Assembly: GCF_004296475.1 (NCBI RefSeq) | Contig: NZ_AP018162.1 | Coordinates: forward strand, 30,001 to 62,000 | From: Candidatus Saccharimonadota bacterium | Lineage (GTDB): Bacteria > Pseudomonadota > Gammaproteobacteria > Enterobacterales > Enterobacteriaceae | DNA length: 32,000 nt | Direction of reading: 5' to 3' | Notes under the pieces: model-generated | What the model was told of the DNA's origin: nothing | Database searches by the model: none | The model's input: only the letters and a program-made list of their open reading frames with translations | Shown here: positions 22,956 through 32,000 of the stretch, in pieces | How the letters are laid out: the number at the start of each line of letters is the position of its first letter | How positions within the stretch are numbered: position 1 is the first letter of the stretch | Translations under genes and position numbers: made by a program

Positions 22956-23750
22956 ATGATAAATATTATTTTATTATTTTTTTTTATATTTAATTATTTT
23001 TTATATAAAAAATATAATTTAAAATTATATACGTATATAATAAAAAAAATAAATGAGTTTAAATATTTATTATATATTATTATACTTTCTTTTTTTATTA
23101 AAAAATTTTTATATGAATTATTTTATATATCATCAAATTCAATGTTTCCAACTTTATCTTCAGGAGATATAGTTTTAGTAAAAAAGAATAGTAAATATAT
23201 AAAATTAAATAATTTAAAAAGAGGTGATTTAATAGTATTTAAATTTCCTATTGATAATAAAAAAAACTATATTAAGAGAATAATAGGCTTACCTAAAGAT
23301 AAAATTATATATAATAGAATAAATAAAAAAATAATAGTAAAATTCAATAATAATAATTACATAAAATATTATAATTATAATAATATAAATTCACTTATAT
23401 TAGATAAAATAAAAAATTTAAACTTAAATTCTAATTTAGATTATAAAAATTTTAAAATAATAAAAGAAAAAATAGGTAATTGTGAATATGATATTTTAAT
23501 ATATAAAAAACAAATAGATTTTCTATATAATTACTATTTAAATTCTAATAAAAAAAATACCGTAGAATGGATAGTCCCTGAGGGAGCTTATTTTGTATTA
23601 GGTGATAATAGAGATAATAGTTTTGATAGTAGATATTGGGGTTTTGTTAAAAAAAAATTATTAATTGGAAAAGTAAAATTTATATTATTTAATATTAAAG
23701 AAGTATATAAGATTTTAATAATTAAAAATTTAAAATTTATTAAAAAATAA
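22956..23750 (+). CDS. lepB: Signal peptidase I
   Basis: The catalytic Ser box is SSNSMFPTLSSGDIVLV, followed by RGDLIVFKFP, YIKRIIGLPKDKI, and GDNRDNSFDSRYWGFV. The track ORF begins at 22926, inside lepA. ATG 22956, 1 nt after the lepA stop, gives a hydrophobic N-terminus and seems the more likely start. Confidence 0.9.
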   Translation: MINIILLFFFIFNYFLYKKYNLKLYTYIIKKINEFKYLLYIIILSFFIKKFLYELFYISSNSMFPTLSSGDIVLVKKNSKYIKLNNLKRGDLIVFKFPIDNKKNYIKRIIGLPKDKIIYNRINKKIIVKFNNNNYIKYYNYNNINSLILDKIKNLNLNSNLDYKNFKIIKEKIGNCEYDILIYKKQIDFLYNYYLNSNKKNTVEWIVPEGAYFVLGDNRDNSFDSRYWGFVKKKLLIGKVKFILFNIKEVYKILIIKNLKFIKK

Positions 23751-23760
23751 ATATATAATT

Positions 23761-24471
23761 ATGAATATATTTTTAAAAATTTTAAATTTAGAAAAAAAAT
23801 TAAAATATATTTTTAAAAATAAGATTTTATTACTACAAGCTTTATCTCATTCTAGTTTTAGTAATATAAATAATGAAAAATTAGAATTTTTAGGTGATTC
23901 TATATTAAATTTTATAATAACTAATAAAATATATGAAAAATTTTCTAATTTAAATGAAGGAGAAATGAGTAATTTAAAATCTATATTAGTAAAATCTACT
24001 ACATTAACAAAAATAGCAAATAAATTTGAAATATATAATTATATATTATTAGGAAAATCTGAATATAATAAAAAAAAATATATAGAAAATTCAATATTAG
24101 CAAATTCTATAGAAGCTATTATAGGAGCTATATTTTTAGATAGTAATATAAAAAAGGTTAAAATTATAATAGATAATTTATATTATGATTTTTTTTTAAA
24201 TATAGATAATTTTAAAAATACAAATAAGGATTTTAAGTCTTTATTACAAAACTTATTACAAAAAAATAAAATATCTTTGCCTAAATATATTGTATTAGAT
24301 AATATAGAAAATAAGAAAAATAATTATATATTTTTAATTATATGTAAAATAAAAGAATTGCATATATCATCATATGGTATAGATAAAAATAAAAAAAAAT
24401 CAGAACAATTAGCCGCAAAACAAATGTTACAAATATTAAATTTATTTAATTTGAATTATGAATTATTTTAG
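23761..24471 (+). CDS. rnc: Ribonuclease III
   Basis: The 236-aa product has the signature ALSHSSF...NEKLEFLGDSILNF and EAIIGAIFLDS. A C-terminal dsRBD-like segment reads KDFKSLLQNLLQ...SEQLAAKQML. The gene follows lepA-lepB, as in E. coli. Confidence 0.93.
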   Translation: MNIFLKILNLEKKLKYIFKNKILLLQALSHSSFSNINNEKLEFLGDSILNFIITNKIYEKFSNLNEGEMSNLKSILVKSTTLTKIANKFEIYNYILLGKSEYNKKKYIENSILANSIEAIIGAIFLDSNIKKVKIIIDNLYYDFFLNIDNFKNTNKDFKSLLQNLLQKNKISLPKYIVLDNIENKKNNYIFLIICKIKELHISSYGIDKNKKKSEQLAAKQMLQILNLFNLNYELF

Positions 24472-26158
24472 AAAATGTGATTGTAATAGCTTAAATAAAT
24501 ATATAAATAAATATATATATATATACGGTTGGATAGATGATAAAAGATATATAAATAATAATTGTTATTTTATTGAAATAAGAGATTTTTATGGAAAAAT
24601 ACAAATAAACTTCAATAAAAAAAATATAAATAATAATTCAATTTTTTATATACTAAAAAAAATTAAAAATGAATCTTGTGTAAAAATATATGGTTTTTTA
24701 AAAAATAGACCAATAGATAAAATAAATTATGAAAAATTAAATGGAGATTTAGAAATAATTGCTACAAATATATTAGTAATAAATTATTCAGATGAAATAC
24801 CTATAAATATAAATAATTTTTCTGAAAAGAATAAACTAAAATTTAGATATCTATATTTAAGAAAAAATTTAAATTTAATAAAAATAAGATCATATATAAC
24901 ATATGAAATACATAAATTTATGAATAAAAATAAATTTATTAATATAGAAACACCAATATTATCTAAATATTTACCAGAAGGGGCTAGAAATTACATAGTA
25001 AACAGTAGAATTTATGAAAATAAATATTATTCATTATCTCAATCACCTCAAATATTTAAACAAATTTTAATGATGTCTGGAGTTAATAAATATTATCAAA
25101 TAGCTAGATGTTTTAGAAATGAAGATTTAAGATCTGATAGACAGCCTGAATTTACTCAATTAGATATTGAAGTTTCGTTTTTAAAATCAAATTATATAAT
25201 ATATATATCAGAAAAATTAATAAAATTTTTATTTAAAAAAATAAATAATATAAATATAGAAAAAATAAAAAAAATAAAATTTAAAGATTCTATTATAAAA
25301 TATGGAACAGATAAACCAGATTTAAGAAATTTTATAGAATTATTTTATATAAATGAAATATTTAGAATAAATAAAGATATAAACAAATTTATAAATAAAA
25401 AAATATTTAATAAAAAAAATAAAATAATTTCTTTTTTTAATTTACCTAATATTAATATAAATTATTATAAAATTTTAGAAAATTTTAATTTTAAAAATAT
25501 AAATTTTTTTATAACTAATAAAAACAAAATATCAAAATTTTTAAATAAAATTTTTAATAATTTATTTAAACTAAATTTATTAAAAATAAATAATAATACA
25601 AAATATGATATATTTATTATATTAATTGGAGATAAAGATGAAATATATAAAAATTTATTAAATATAAGAAATTCTTTATTTAAAGAAATTAAAATGTATA
25701 TAAATAATGTAAAAACATCTTTAATATGGATAACAAATTTTCCTATGTTTAAAGAAGTAAATAATAAAATAGAATGCAATCATCATCCATTTACATTACC
25801 AAAAACTATTAATAATATATATAATATAAATAATAAAAAAAAAATATTATCAATATTATCTAATTCATATGACTTAGTATTAAATGGATTTGAGATAGCA
25901 AGTGGATCAGAAAGAATAAATAATAAAAATATACAAAATACTATATTTGATATAATAAATGTAAATAAAAATAATGAGTTTAATTTTTTTTTAGAAGCTC
26001 TAAAATATGGAACTCCAAATCATTCAGGGATAGCTTTTGGATTAGATAGATTAATAATGTTACTAAATAATTTAGATAATATAAAAGAAATTATTCCTTT
26101 TCCTAAAACATCATCATTTAAAGATATAATGACTGATTCTCCTAATAAAATATTTTAA
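24458..26158 (+). CDS. aspS: Aspartyl-tRNA synthetase
   Basis: The 566-aa product has LSQSPQIFKQILMMSGVNKYYQIARCFRNEDLRSDRQPEFTQLDIEVSF (class II motif 2 region). It also has YGTDKPDLRN, HHPFTLPK, and YGTPNHSGIAFGLDRLIMLL (motif 3). Confidence 0.95.
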   Translation: MNYFRKCDCNSLNKYINKYIYIYGWIDDKRYINNNCYFIEIRDFYGKIQINFNKKNINNNSIFYILKKIKNESCVKIYGFLKNRPIDKINYEKLNGDLEIIATNILVINYSDEIPININNFSEKNKLKFRYLYLRKNLNLIKIRSYITYEIHKFMNKNKFINIETPILSKYLPEGARNYIVNSRIYENKYYSLSQSPQIFKQILMMSGVNKYYQIARCFRNEDLRSDRQPEFTQLDIEVSFLKSNYIIYISEKLIKFLFKKINNINIEKIKKIKFKDSIIKYGTDKPDLRNFIELFYINEIFRINKDINKFINKKIFNKKNKIISFFNLPNININYYKILENFNFKNINFFITNKNKISKFLNKIFNNLFKLNLLKINNNTKYDIFIILIGDKDEIYKNLLNIRNSLFKEIKMYINNVKTSLIWITNFPMFKEVNNKIECNHHPFTLPKTINNIYNINNKKKILSILSNSYDLVLNGFEIASGSERINNKNIQNTIFDIINVNKNNEFNFFLEALKYGTPNHSGIAFGLDRLIMLLNNLDNIKEIIPFPKTSSFKDIMTDSPNKIF

Positions 26159-26164
26159 ATATAA

Positions 26165-27001
26165 TTACTTTATACCATAAGAAAATCTTTTAATATTATT
26201 ATTATCTTTTAACTTATTAAAAATTTTAAATTTTGATGATAATAATAACTTTATTAAATAATCTTGATTAAATCCATGTTCAAATATTATTAATCCATTA
26301 TCTTTTAAAAAATTATAAAATTTATTTATTAAATATTTAATATCATATAAACCTGAATTATTAGATATAAGTGATTTTTTAGGTTCATATAAAATACTTT
26401 TATTACATAAATTCAATTCATTTAAAGATATATAAGGAGGGTTACTAACTATTATATCAAATTTTATTTTTGAATTAAAATTAAACCAGTCACATAATAT
26501 AAAATGTATATTTTTTGAATTTAAGTTTAATGAATTTTTTCTAGCTAATTCTATAGAATTTAAATTTATATCTATACCTATAGTGTAAGATTTTTTTATA
26601 TTTTTAGATAAACATATAGCTATATTTCCAACTCCAGTACCTAAATCTAAAATATTATAAAATTTATTATTATCTATATAATTTAATATAAAATCAATTA
26701 AACATTCTGTTTCTATTCTTGGTATAAATGAATTATTATTAATTTCAAAAAAATATGACCAAAAATATATTTTATTAATATAAAATTCTATTGGTATATT
26801 TCTTATTACTTTAGATAATAAATTATTCATAATTAACAAATTCTTATTTAATAAATAATTATATTTATATAAAAATAAATTATCTAATGGTATATTATTA
26901 ACATAACTTAATATACTATATAAATAGTAATTATAGTTTGATATATTAAATTTAATTAATATATTTTTTGATATACATAACCAATCATTATAAGTTAACA
27001 T
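26165..27001 (-). CDS. prmC: Release-factor glutamine N5-methyltransferase PrmC (HemK)
   Basis: The 278-aa product has [12 protein letters not shown], the SAM motif [13 protein letters not shown], and the catalytic IVSNPPYI. It lies immediately downstream of prfA with a 14-nt overlap. Confidence 0.85.
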   Translation of the reverse strand: MLTYNDWLCISKNILIKFNISNYNYYLYSILSYVNNIPLDNLFLYKYNYLLNKNLLIMNNLLSKVIRNIPIEFYINKIYFWSYFFEINNNSFIPRIETECLIDFILNYIDNNKFYNILDLGTGVGNIAICLSKNIKKSYTIGIDINLNSIELARKNSLNLNSKNIHFILCDWFNFNSKIKFDIIVSNPPYISLNELNLCNKSILYEPKKSLISNNSGLYDIKYLINKFYNFLKDNGLIIFEHGFNQDYLIKLLLSSKFKIFNKLKDNNNIKRFSYGIK

Positions 27002-28085
27002 TTTTTAAAAACATTTCAAATTTATTAGATATATATTTATCTTCTATAAAATTTATTATTATATCTAAATTACCACTGTTTAATATTTCTTCTAGTTTAT
27101 TTAATCTTAAAGAGATTCTATGATCAATTATCATATTATTAATATAATTATAAGTTCTTATTCTATCATTTCTATATCCAGATCCAAATAATTTTTTTTT
27201 TAATATAGATTCATTATCTTTTTTTTTTTTTAAATTAAATGAAATTATTTTTTCTTTTAATATATTTAATGCTTTAGATTTATTTTTATGTTGTGATCTT
27301 TCATCTTGACATTCTACATTTATCCCAGTAGGTAAATGTATTACTCTAACTGCAGAATTTGTAGTATTAACATGTTGACCTCCAGCTCCAGAAGATTTAA
27401 ATGTATCAATTCTTAAATCAGATATATTTAAACTAAAATTATCTACATCACTGTCTATTGGAGTTACAGCTACTATACAAGTAGATGTATGTATTTTTTC
27501 TTGAGATTCTGTTTTTGGTATTCTTTGAACCCTATGACCTCCAGATTCGAATTTAAGTTTATCATAAGATAGATTATTATTAATTTTTATAAAAATTTCT
27601 TTTATACCTCCATTTTCATTTTCTACTTTATTAAGTATATCAAATTTCCATAAATTTCTATTAAAATATTTTTGATACATCTTAAATAAATTGATAACAA
27701 ATAATGAGGATTCATTACCTCCTGTTCCTGATTTTATTTCAAGAAAACAACCTTTATTTTTTTTTTCAGAATATTCTAATGTAATAATTTTTTTTAAATT
27801 ATTCTCTATTTTATTTTTTAAATTTAAAAATATATTTAATTCTTCACATGCTAATTCTTTTATATAAGAATTAGATTCTATTTCTTTTTTACAAAATAAT
27901 ATACTATTATATATATTTTTTAATTCATTAAATTCATCTATTATTGATTTTAATTTTATATATTCAAAATTTTCTTTTTCTATATTAATTTTATTAAAAA
28001 TATTTTTTTTGAAATTTAATTCTATATTTTTTATTTTATTTTTTATTATATCTATATGTTTTAAAAAAAAATAATACACATCCAT
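26988..28085 (-). CDS. prfA: Peptide chain release factor 1
   Basis: The 365-aa product has [10 protein letters not shown], an RF1-type tripeptide region ([17 protein letters not shown]), and the GGQ motif [25 protein letters not shown]. Confidence 0.95.
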   Translation of the reverse strand: MDVYYFFLKHIDIIKNKIKNIELNFKKNIFNKINIEKENFEYIKLKSIIDEFNELKNIYNSILFCKKEIESNSYIKELACEELNIFLNLKNKIENNLKKIITLEYSEKKNKGCFLEIKSGTGGNESSLFVINLFKMYQKYFNRNLWKFDILNKVENENGGIKEIFIKINNNLSYDKLKFESGGHRVQRIPKTESQEKIHTSTCIVAVTPIDSDVDNFSLNISDLRIDTFKSSGAGGQHVNTTNSAVRVIHLPTGINVECQDERSQHKNKSKALNILKEKIISFNLKKKKDNESILKKKLFGSGYRNDRIRTYNYINNMIIDHRISLRLNKLEEILNSGNLDIIINFIEDKYISNKFEMFLKNVNL

Positions 28086-28197
28086 ATTAAATTGTTATTT
28101 TGATTTTTAATATAAAAATATTATAATATTATTTTATAATATTATATTAATTAAAATTAGTTTAAATAAATTAATTTTAAAAATTAAAAGAAAAAAT

Positions 28198-28797
28198 ATG
28201 ACTAATTTTATTAATTTTTTTATTTATTTATTAGTATTATATAATATATTAAATATTAAATATTCTAATACTGAAAATTTATACTGTAATAAAAATTCTA
28301 TAAATTATGAAAAAAGTAGTAAATGGAAAAAAAATAAAAATATGTTATTTAAAATAAAAAATTTTGAAGTTAATGGAAATATTATATTTAATAATGAAAA
28401 AATGAAAAATACTTTAATAAAATTTTATTGTAATAATATAAAAAACAAATACTTTAAATTTAAAGTATATACATATGGAATAAATTTAATTGACTTCGTT
28501 TCTTATCCAAATAAAAAAGAAAAAATAAAAAAAAATAAAATAATAAAAAGTTTATATGTAGAAAACTTTCCAATAAAAAATTTAAAATTATGGTTAATAG
28601 GATTACCTTCTAATTCAGATAAATTTGTATATAATAAGAATGGATATTTAAAAGAAATAAAACATAATATATATAATATAATATATCATGAGTATTATGA
28701 TAATTTAGAACCTAAATTACCTATTAATATAGAATTTATAGAAAAAAATAGTAATAATAATTTCTATTTAAAAATATGTAATTGGAATTTTTATTAA
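28198..28797 (+). CDS. lolB: Outer-membrane lipoprotein receptor LolB (putative)
   Basis: The 199-aa product has a hydrophobic N-terminus. Its C-terminal half parallels E. coli LolB: IKNLKLWLIGLPSNSDKF matches LNSLRQWILGLPGDATDY, and LPINIEF...FYLKICNWNF matches MPANMEL...IKLKMDNW. It is divergent from prfA, the position lolB has relative to hemA-prfA in E. coli. Confidence 0.65.
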   Translation: MTNFINFFIYLLVLYNILNIKYSNTENLYCNKNSINYEKSSKWKKNKNMLFKIKNFEVNGNIIFNNEKMKNTLIKFYCNNIKNKYFKFKVYTYGINLIDFVSYPNKKEKIKKNKIIKSLYVENFPIKNLKLWLIGLPSNSDKFVYNKNGYLKEIKHNIYNIIYHEYYDNLEPKLPINIEFIEKNSNNNFYLKICNWNFY

Positions 28798-28801
28798 TGC
28801 A

Positions 28802-29371
28802 TTGAATATAAAATTAATATCTGGATTAGGAAACAATTTTCCTAAATACATTTATAATAGACATAATATAGGATTAATTTATATAGAAAAATTAGTATTT
28901 TTTTTTAAAAAAAACATTTTTAAAATAGAAAAAAAAAAATTTGGAAAAATATTTTATTTAAACGTAAAAAATAATATTATACATATATTTATATCAAATT
29001 CATATATGAATTTGATAGGAAAAAATATAAAATTAGTATTAGACTATTTATCTATTATAAATTATAGCAATATACTAATTGCTTATGATGAGATGAATTT
29101 AATTCAAGGTCGCTCTAAAATAAAATTTAATAAAATTAATTCTAGTCATAATGGGATTAAAAGTATTATAAATAATATAAATAATAATAAATTTTATAGA
29201 ATAGAAATAGGAATAGGAAAATCTATAAATAATACACATAATTATTTACTAACAAATTTTAATATTAATGAAAAAAATAAAATATATAAATCAATAGAAG
29301 AATGTATATTGGCTACTGATATATTAATAAATAAAGGATTTATTAAATCATCAAAATTTTTAAATAATTAA
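28802..29371 (+). CDS. pth: Peptidyl-tRNA hydrolase (TTG start)
   Basis: The 189-aa product has IKLISGLGNNFPKYIYNRHNIG, SYMNLIGKNI, IAYDEMNL, HNGIKSI and YRIEIGIGK. It is collinear with E. coli Pth. Confidence 0.9.
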   Translation: MNIKLISGLGNNFPKYIYNRHNIGLIYIEKLVFFFKKNIFKIEKKKFGKIFYLNVKNNIIHIFISNSYMNLIGKNIKLVLDYLSIINYSNILIAYDEMNLIQGRSKIKFNKINSSHNGIKSIINNINNNKFYRIEIGIGKSINNTHNYLLTNFNINEKNKIYKSIEECILATDILINKGFIKSSKFLNN

Positions 29372-30465
29372 AATTCTTCATTATTACATTTATATATTGA
29401 AGACTTTATTATATCATGTGAAATATTTTTTAAAATTTTAGATTTTCCTATACTTATAGGAATTATTATATTTATTGAATTATTATCATTTTTTTTATCC
29501 TTTTTCATATAAAAAATATAATCTTCATAATTCATATTTAATGGTCCTTTTATTGGTAATCCGGCTTTATTTAATATATTTTTTATTCTTATAGCATCAT
29601 TTATATTTATATTTTTAGTTATTAAAGAAGTATATACAGACATCATTATACCAGCAGATACAGCTTCTCCATGAGACCAATTACCATAACCTAAAAAAGA
29701 TTCTATAGCATGACCATAAGTATGACCTAAATTTAATAATGATCTTATATTTTTAGTTTCTTTTTCATCTTTATTTACTATACTTAATTTTATTTTACAA
29801 CATTTATATATACAATAATTTATTTTTCTAAAATCAAGATTTAATAAAAAATCAATATTATATTCTAACCAATTAAAAAATAATTTATCTAAAATTATCC
29901 CATATTTTATAATTTCAGATAATCCTGATATAAATTCTTTTTTTGGTAATGTTTTTAAAAAAAATGTATCTATAAAAACAGCATTAGGTTGATAAAATGT
30001 TCCTATCATATTTTTTCCTAATGGATGATTTATACCGTTTTTACCCCCTATTGATGAATCAACTTGAGATAATAATGTTGTTGGTATATGTATAATTCTA
30101 ACACCTCTTTTATATATTGATGCTACAAAACCTGATATATCGCCTATTACTCCACCTCCAAATGATATTAATATTATATTTCTATCATATTCATAATGTA
30201 ATAAATTTGTAAATATATCATTCAATATAGTTAACGATTTATTATTTTCACCATCTTGTATTATTATTTCATTTATAATTAAATCAAATTTAATTAATAT
30301 TTTTTTTAAAAAATTTAAATGTATTTTATATAGTATATTATTAGTTATTACTACTACTACATCATTTTTTTTTAAAGGAGATAAATTATTTATATTTGAT
30401 AATAAATTAAAATCTATTTTTATATTGTATTTATTATTATTTAAATTTACATTTAATTTATACAT
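29368..30465 (-). CDS. aroB: 3-dehydroquinate synthase
   Basis: The 365-aa product has FGGGVIGDISGFVASIYKRGVRIIHIPTTLLSQVDSSIGGKNGINHPLGKNMIGTFYQP. It also has LNLGHTYGHAIE and HGEAVSAGIM. It lies downstream of aroK, as in E. coli. Confidence 0.93.
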   Translation of the reverse strand: MYKLNVNLNNNKYNIKIDFNLLSNINNLSPLKKNDVVVVITNNILYKIHLNFLKKILIKFDLIINEIIIQDGENNKSLTILNDIFTNLLHYEYDRNIILISFGGGVIGDISGFVASIYKRGVRIIHIPTTLLSQVDSSIGGKNGINHPLGKNMIGTFYQPNAVFIDTFFLKTLPKKEFISGLSEIIKYGIILDKLFFNWLEYNIDFLLNLDFRKINYCIYKCCKIKLSIVNKDEKETKNIRSLLNLGHTYGHAIESFLGYGNWSHGEAVSAGIMMSVYTSLITKNININDAIRIKNILNKAGLPIKGPLNMNYEDYIFYMKKDKKNDNNSINIIIPISIGKSKILKNISHDIIKSSIYKCNNEEF

Positions 30466-30468
30466 AAT

Positions 30469-31017
30469 TTAACTAAATTTTTTAATAAAAAAATTAAATT
30501 CTTTTAAAGAAATTAATATTTTTTCTATAATAATATTAATATCAAATTCATTAGTATCAACAATAATATTAGATATTTTATTATATAAATTATTTCTTAT
30601 TTTATTTTTTTCATATAAAATATTATAATTATTTAATTTATTATTTGATAATATTGGTCTATCTTTATTATTTTTTATTCTTAATAATTGATTTTCAATA
30701 CTAACTTTTAAATAAATTATAATACCATTATTTACTAATAAATTTATATTCTTATCAGAATCTATAACTCCTCCTCCTGTAGATAATACTATATTATTTT
30801 TTATAACAATTTCTTCTAATATTTTTTCTTCTTCTTTTCTAAAAAAGAATTCCCCGTTATATTTAAATATACTATTAATATCCATATCTAATTTTTTTTT
30901 AATTTCTTCATCTGAATCTATAAAATTAAAATTTAATTTACATGATAAAAGTTTTCCTATAGTACTTTTTCCAGAAGCCATTGCTCCTATAATAAATATG
31001 TTATTTTTTAATATCAT
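30469..31017 (-). CDS. aroK: Shikimate kinase
   Basis: The 182-aa product has NIFIIGAMASGKSTIGKLLS (P-loop), FIDSDEEI, FRKEEEKIL, LSTGGG, and KDRPIL. Confidence 0.88.
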   Translation of the reverse strand: MILKNNIFIIGAMASGKSTIGKLLSCKLNFNFIDSDEEIKKKLDMDINSIFKYNGEFFFRKEEEKILEEIVIKNNIVLSTGGGVIDSDKNINLLVNNGIIIYLKVSIENQLLRIKNNKDRPILSNNKLNNYNILYEKNKIRNNLYNKISNIIVDTNEFDINIIIEKILISLKEFNFFIKKFS

Positions 31018-31102
31018 TTTATATATATAATATTTATTTTATATTAATATAAATAATACCATGTATTATTATTTTATCAATAAATTTATATATTCATATA
31101 AT

Positions 31103-31801
31103 TTATTTTTTTAATATTTTTATTAAATCCATCATATCTTTGGGAATTTCACTATAAAAATGCATAAATTTATTACTTACAGGATGTTGTATAATTAATT
31201 TTGATGAATGTAAAGCTTGTCTATTAAAATTTATATTTCTTTTTTTTATGAAATTCATTGATTTATCAAATATAGAAATATTCTTACCATATTTAAAGTC
31301 ACCTATTATAGGATGATTTATATATGACATATGAACTCTTATTTGATGAGTTCTGCCGGTATATAATATAACTTTTAACAAAGTAAAAATATTAAATTTA
31401 TCTATTATTCTATAATGTGTAATTGAATATTTTCCGTTATTAGATACTTTCATTTTCATTTTATTTTTAAAATCTCTTTTTATATAACTATTTATATTTC
31501 CTCCGGAAATTAGCAAACCTGATACTAATGTTATATATTCTTTTATATTTTTTTTTTTTAAAAATGAATTTATTAAAAATTTATAAGACATATTTGTTTT
31601 AGCAACTACTAATAATCCTGTAGTATTTTTATCTAATCTATGTATTATTCCATTTCTTTCAACATTAACAATATTAGGATAATATTCATTTAATAAATCA
31701 ACTAATGTTTTATTTTTTTTATATAATATATTATTTACTATTAAATTATTTTGTTTATTAATAATAATAATATATTTATCTTCATAAATTATATTTAACA
31801 T
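31103..31801 (-). CDS. rluD: 23S rRNA pseudouridine synthase, RluD-like (catalytic domain only; no N-terminal S4 domain)
   Basis: The 232-aa product has IIHRLDKNTTGLLVVAKT (catalytic Asp) and GRTHQIRVHMSYINHPIIGDFKYG, followed by ALHSSKL. This matches the RluD pattern more closely than RluC or RluA. It is roughly 90 aa shorter than E. coli RluD at the N-terminus. Confidence 0.78.
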   Translation of the reverse strand: MLNIIYEDKYIIIINKQNNLIVNNILYKKNKTLVDLLNEYYPNIVNVERNGIIHRLDKNTTGLLVVAKTNMSYKFLINSFLKKKNIKEYITLVSGLLISGGNINSYIKRDFKNKMKMKVSNNGKYSITHYRIIDKFNIFTLLKVILYTGRTHQIRVHMSYINHPIIGDFKYGKNISIFDKSMNFIKKRNINFNRQALHSSKLIIQHPVSNKFMHFYSEIPKDMMDLIKILKK

Positions 31802-31862
31802 TTAAAAAAAAAATAGTAAAATTAATAATATTATATTTATAACATAAATTAAAAAAAAAATA

Positions 31863-32000
31863 ATGAAAAATATACTATTAATAACTATTTATATAATGTT
31901 AAATTTAAATTCATGTATATCTAGTCAAAATTATAATAATAAAATTAAAACAGATATATTTAATAATTTAATAAATGAAAATTATAAATTAGTTATAAAA
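31863..32000 (+). CDS. 5' end of a lipoprotein gene, possibly BamD (YfiO); continues beyond the window
   Basis: From ATG 31863 the frame is open for 46 codons to the window edge (MKNILLITIYIMLNLNSCISSQNYNN...). The signal peptide ends in an L-N-S-C lipobox. The gene is divergent from rluD, the position bamD occupies in E. coli. Sequence similarity is too weak for me to confirm by eye. Confidence 0.4.
   Translation, partial: MKNILLITIYIMLNLNSCISSQNYNNKIKTDIFNNLINENYKLVIK

Noticed and set aside
28120-28133. 14-nt perfect palindrome AATATTATAATATT in the prfA-lolB spacer, considered as a possible operator
   Set aside because: A/T-only palindromes of this size are expected by chance in DNA of this composition. 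I have no second copy or conservation evidence.

Overview
This is a gene-dense, extremely AT-rich window. By eye, protein-coding stretches are roughly 10-20% G+C, and only the rRNA, tRNA and tmRNA segments are GC-moderate. Gene content and local gene order match a strongly reduced gammaproteobacterial (Enterobacterales-like) obligate endosymbiont genome using the standard genetic code. I cannot name the organism without a database search.

The window holds about 30 housekeeping CDS:
- Translation and chaperones: efp, groEL, groES, grpE, lepA, metG, aspS, prfA, prmC, pth, smpB, tilS, rluD.
- DNA and transcription: dnaB, rpoH, a polA remnant carrying only the 5'-3' exonuclease domain, a MarR-like regulator, rho, maoP/yifE, ung, rnc, and a frameshifted uvrD.
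- Envelope and biosynthesis: bamE, lolB, lepB, a probable bamD start, and aroB-aroK.
- RNA genes: one complete rrn operon on the minus strand (16S, tRNA-Glu, 23S, 5S, tRNA-Trp), a tRNA-Phe, and tmRNA (ssrA).

I found no mobile elements, CRISPR array, phage genes, toxin-antitoxin pairs or accessory island. I cannot honestly point to a novel multi-gene system here.

The observations most worth a second look are:
- uvrD is broken by one frameshift in an otherwise intact frame.
- The 5S rRNA gene carries a 27-nt pure A/T insertion in the loop C region.
- The 5' end of grpE contains a perfect 24-bp tandem repeat of about 6.6 copies.
- tmRNA sits 1 nt after smpB and 13 nt before metG, and carries a divergent tag.
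- A MarR-type regulator and maoP are retained in a genome that has otherwise shed regulation.
- A sigma-32-type promoter is preserved upstream of groES, with rpoH present in the same window.
- Several deletions can be inferred from synteny (hemA, ispE-prs, era).

All homology calls were made by eye against remembered E. coli sequences and motifs. No search was run.
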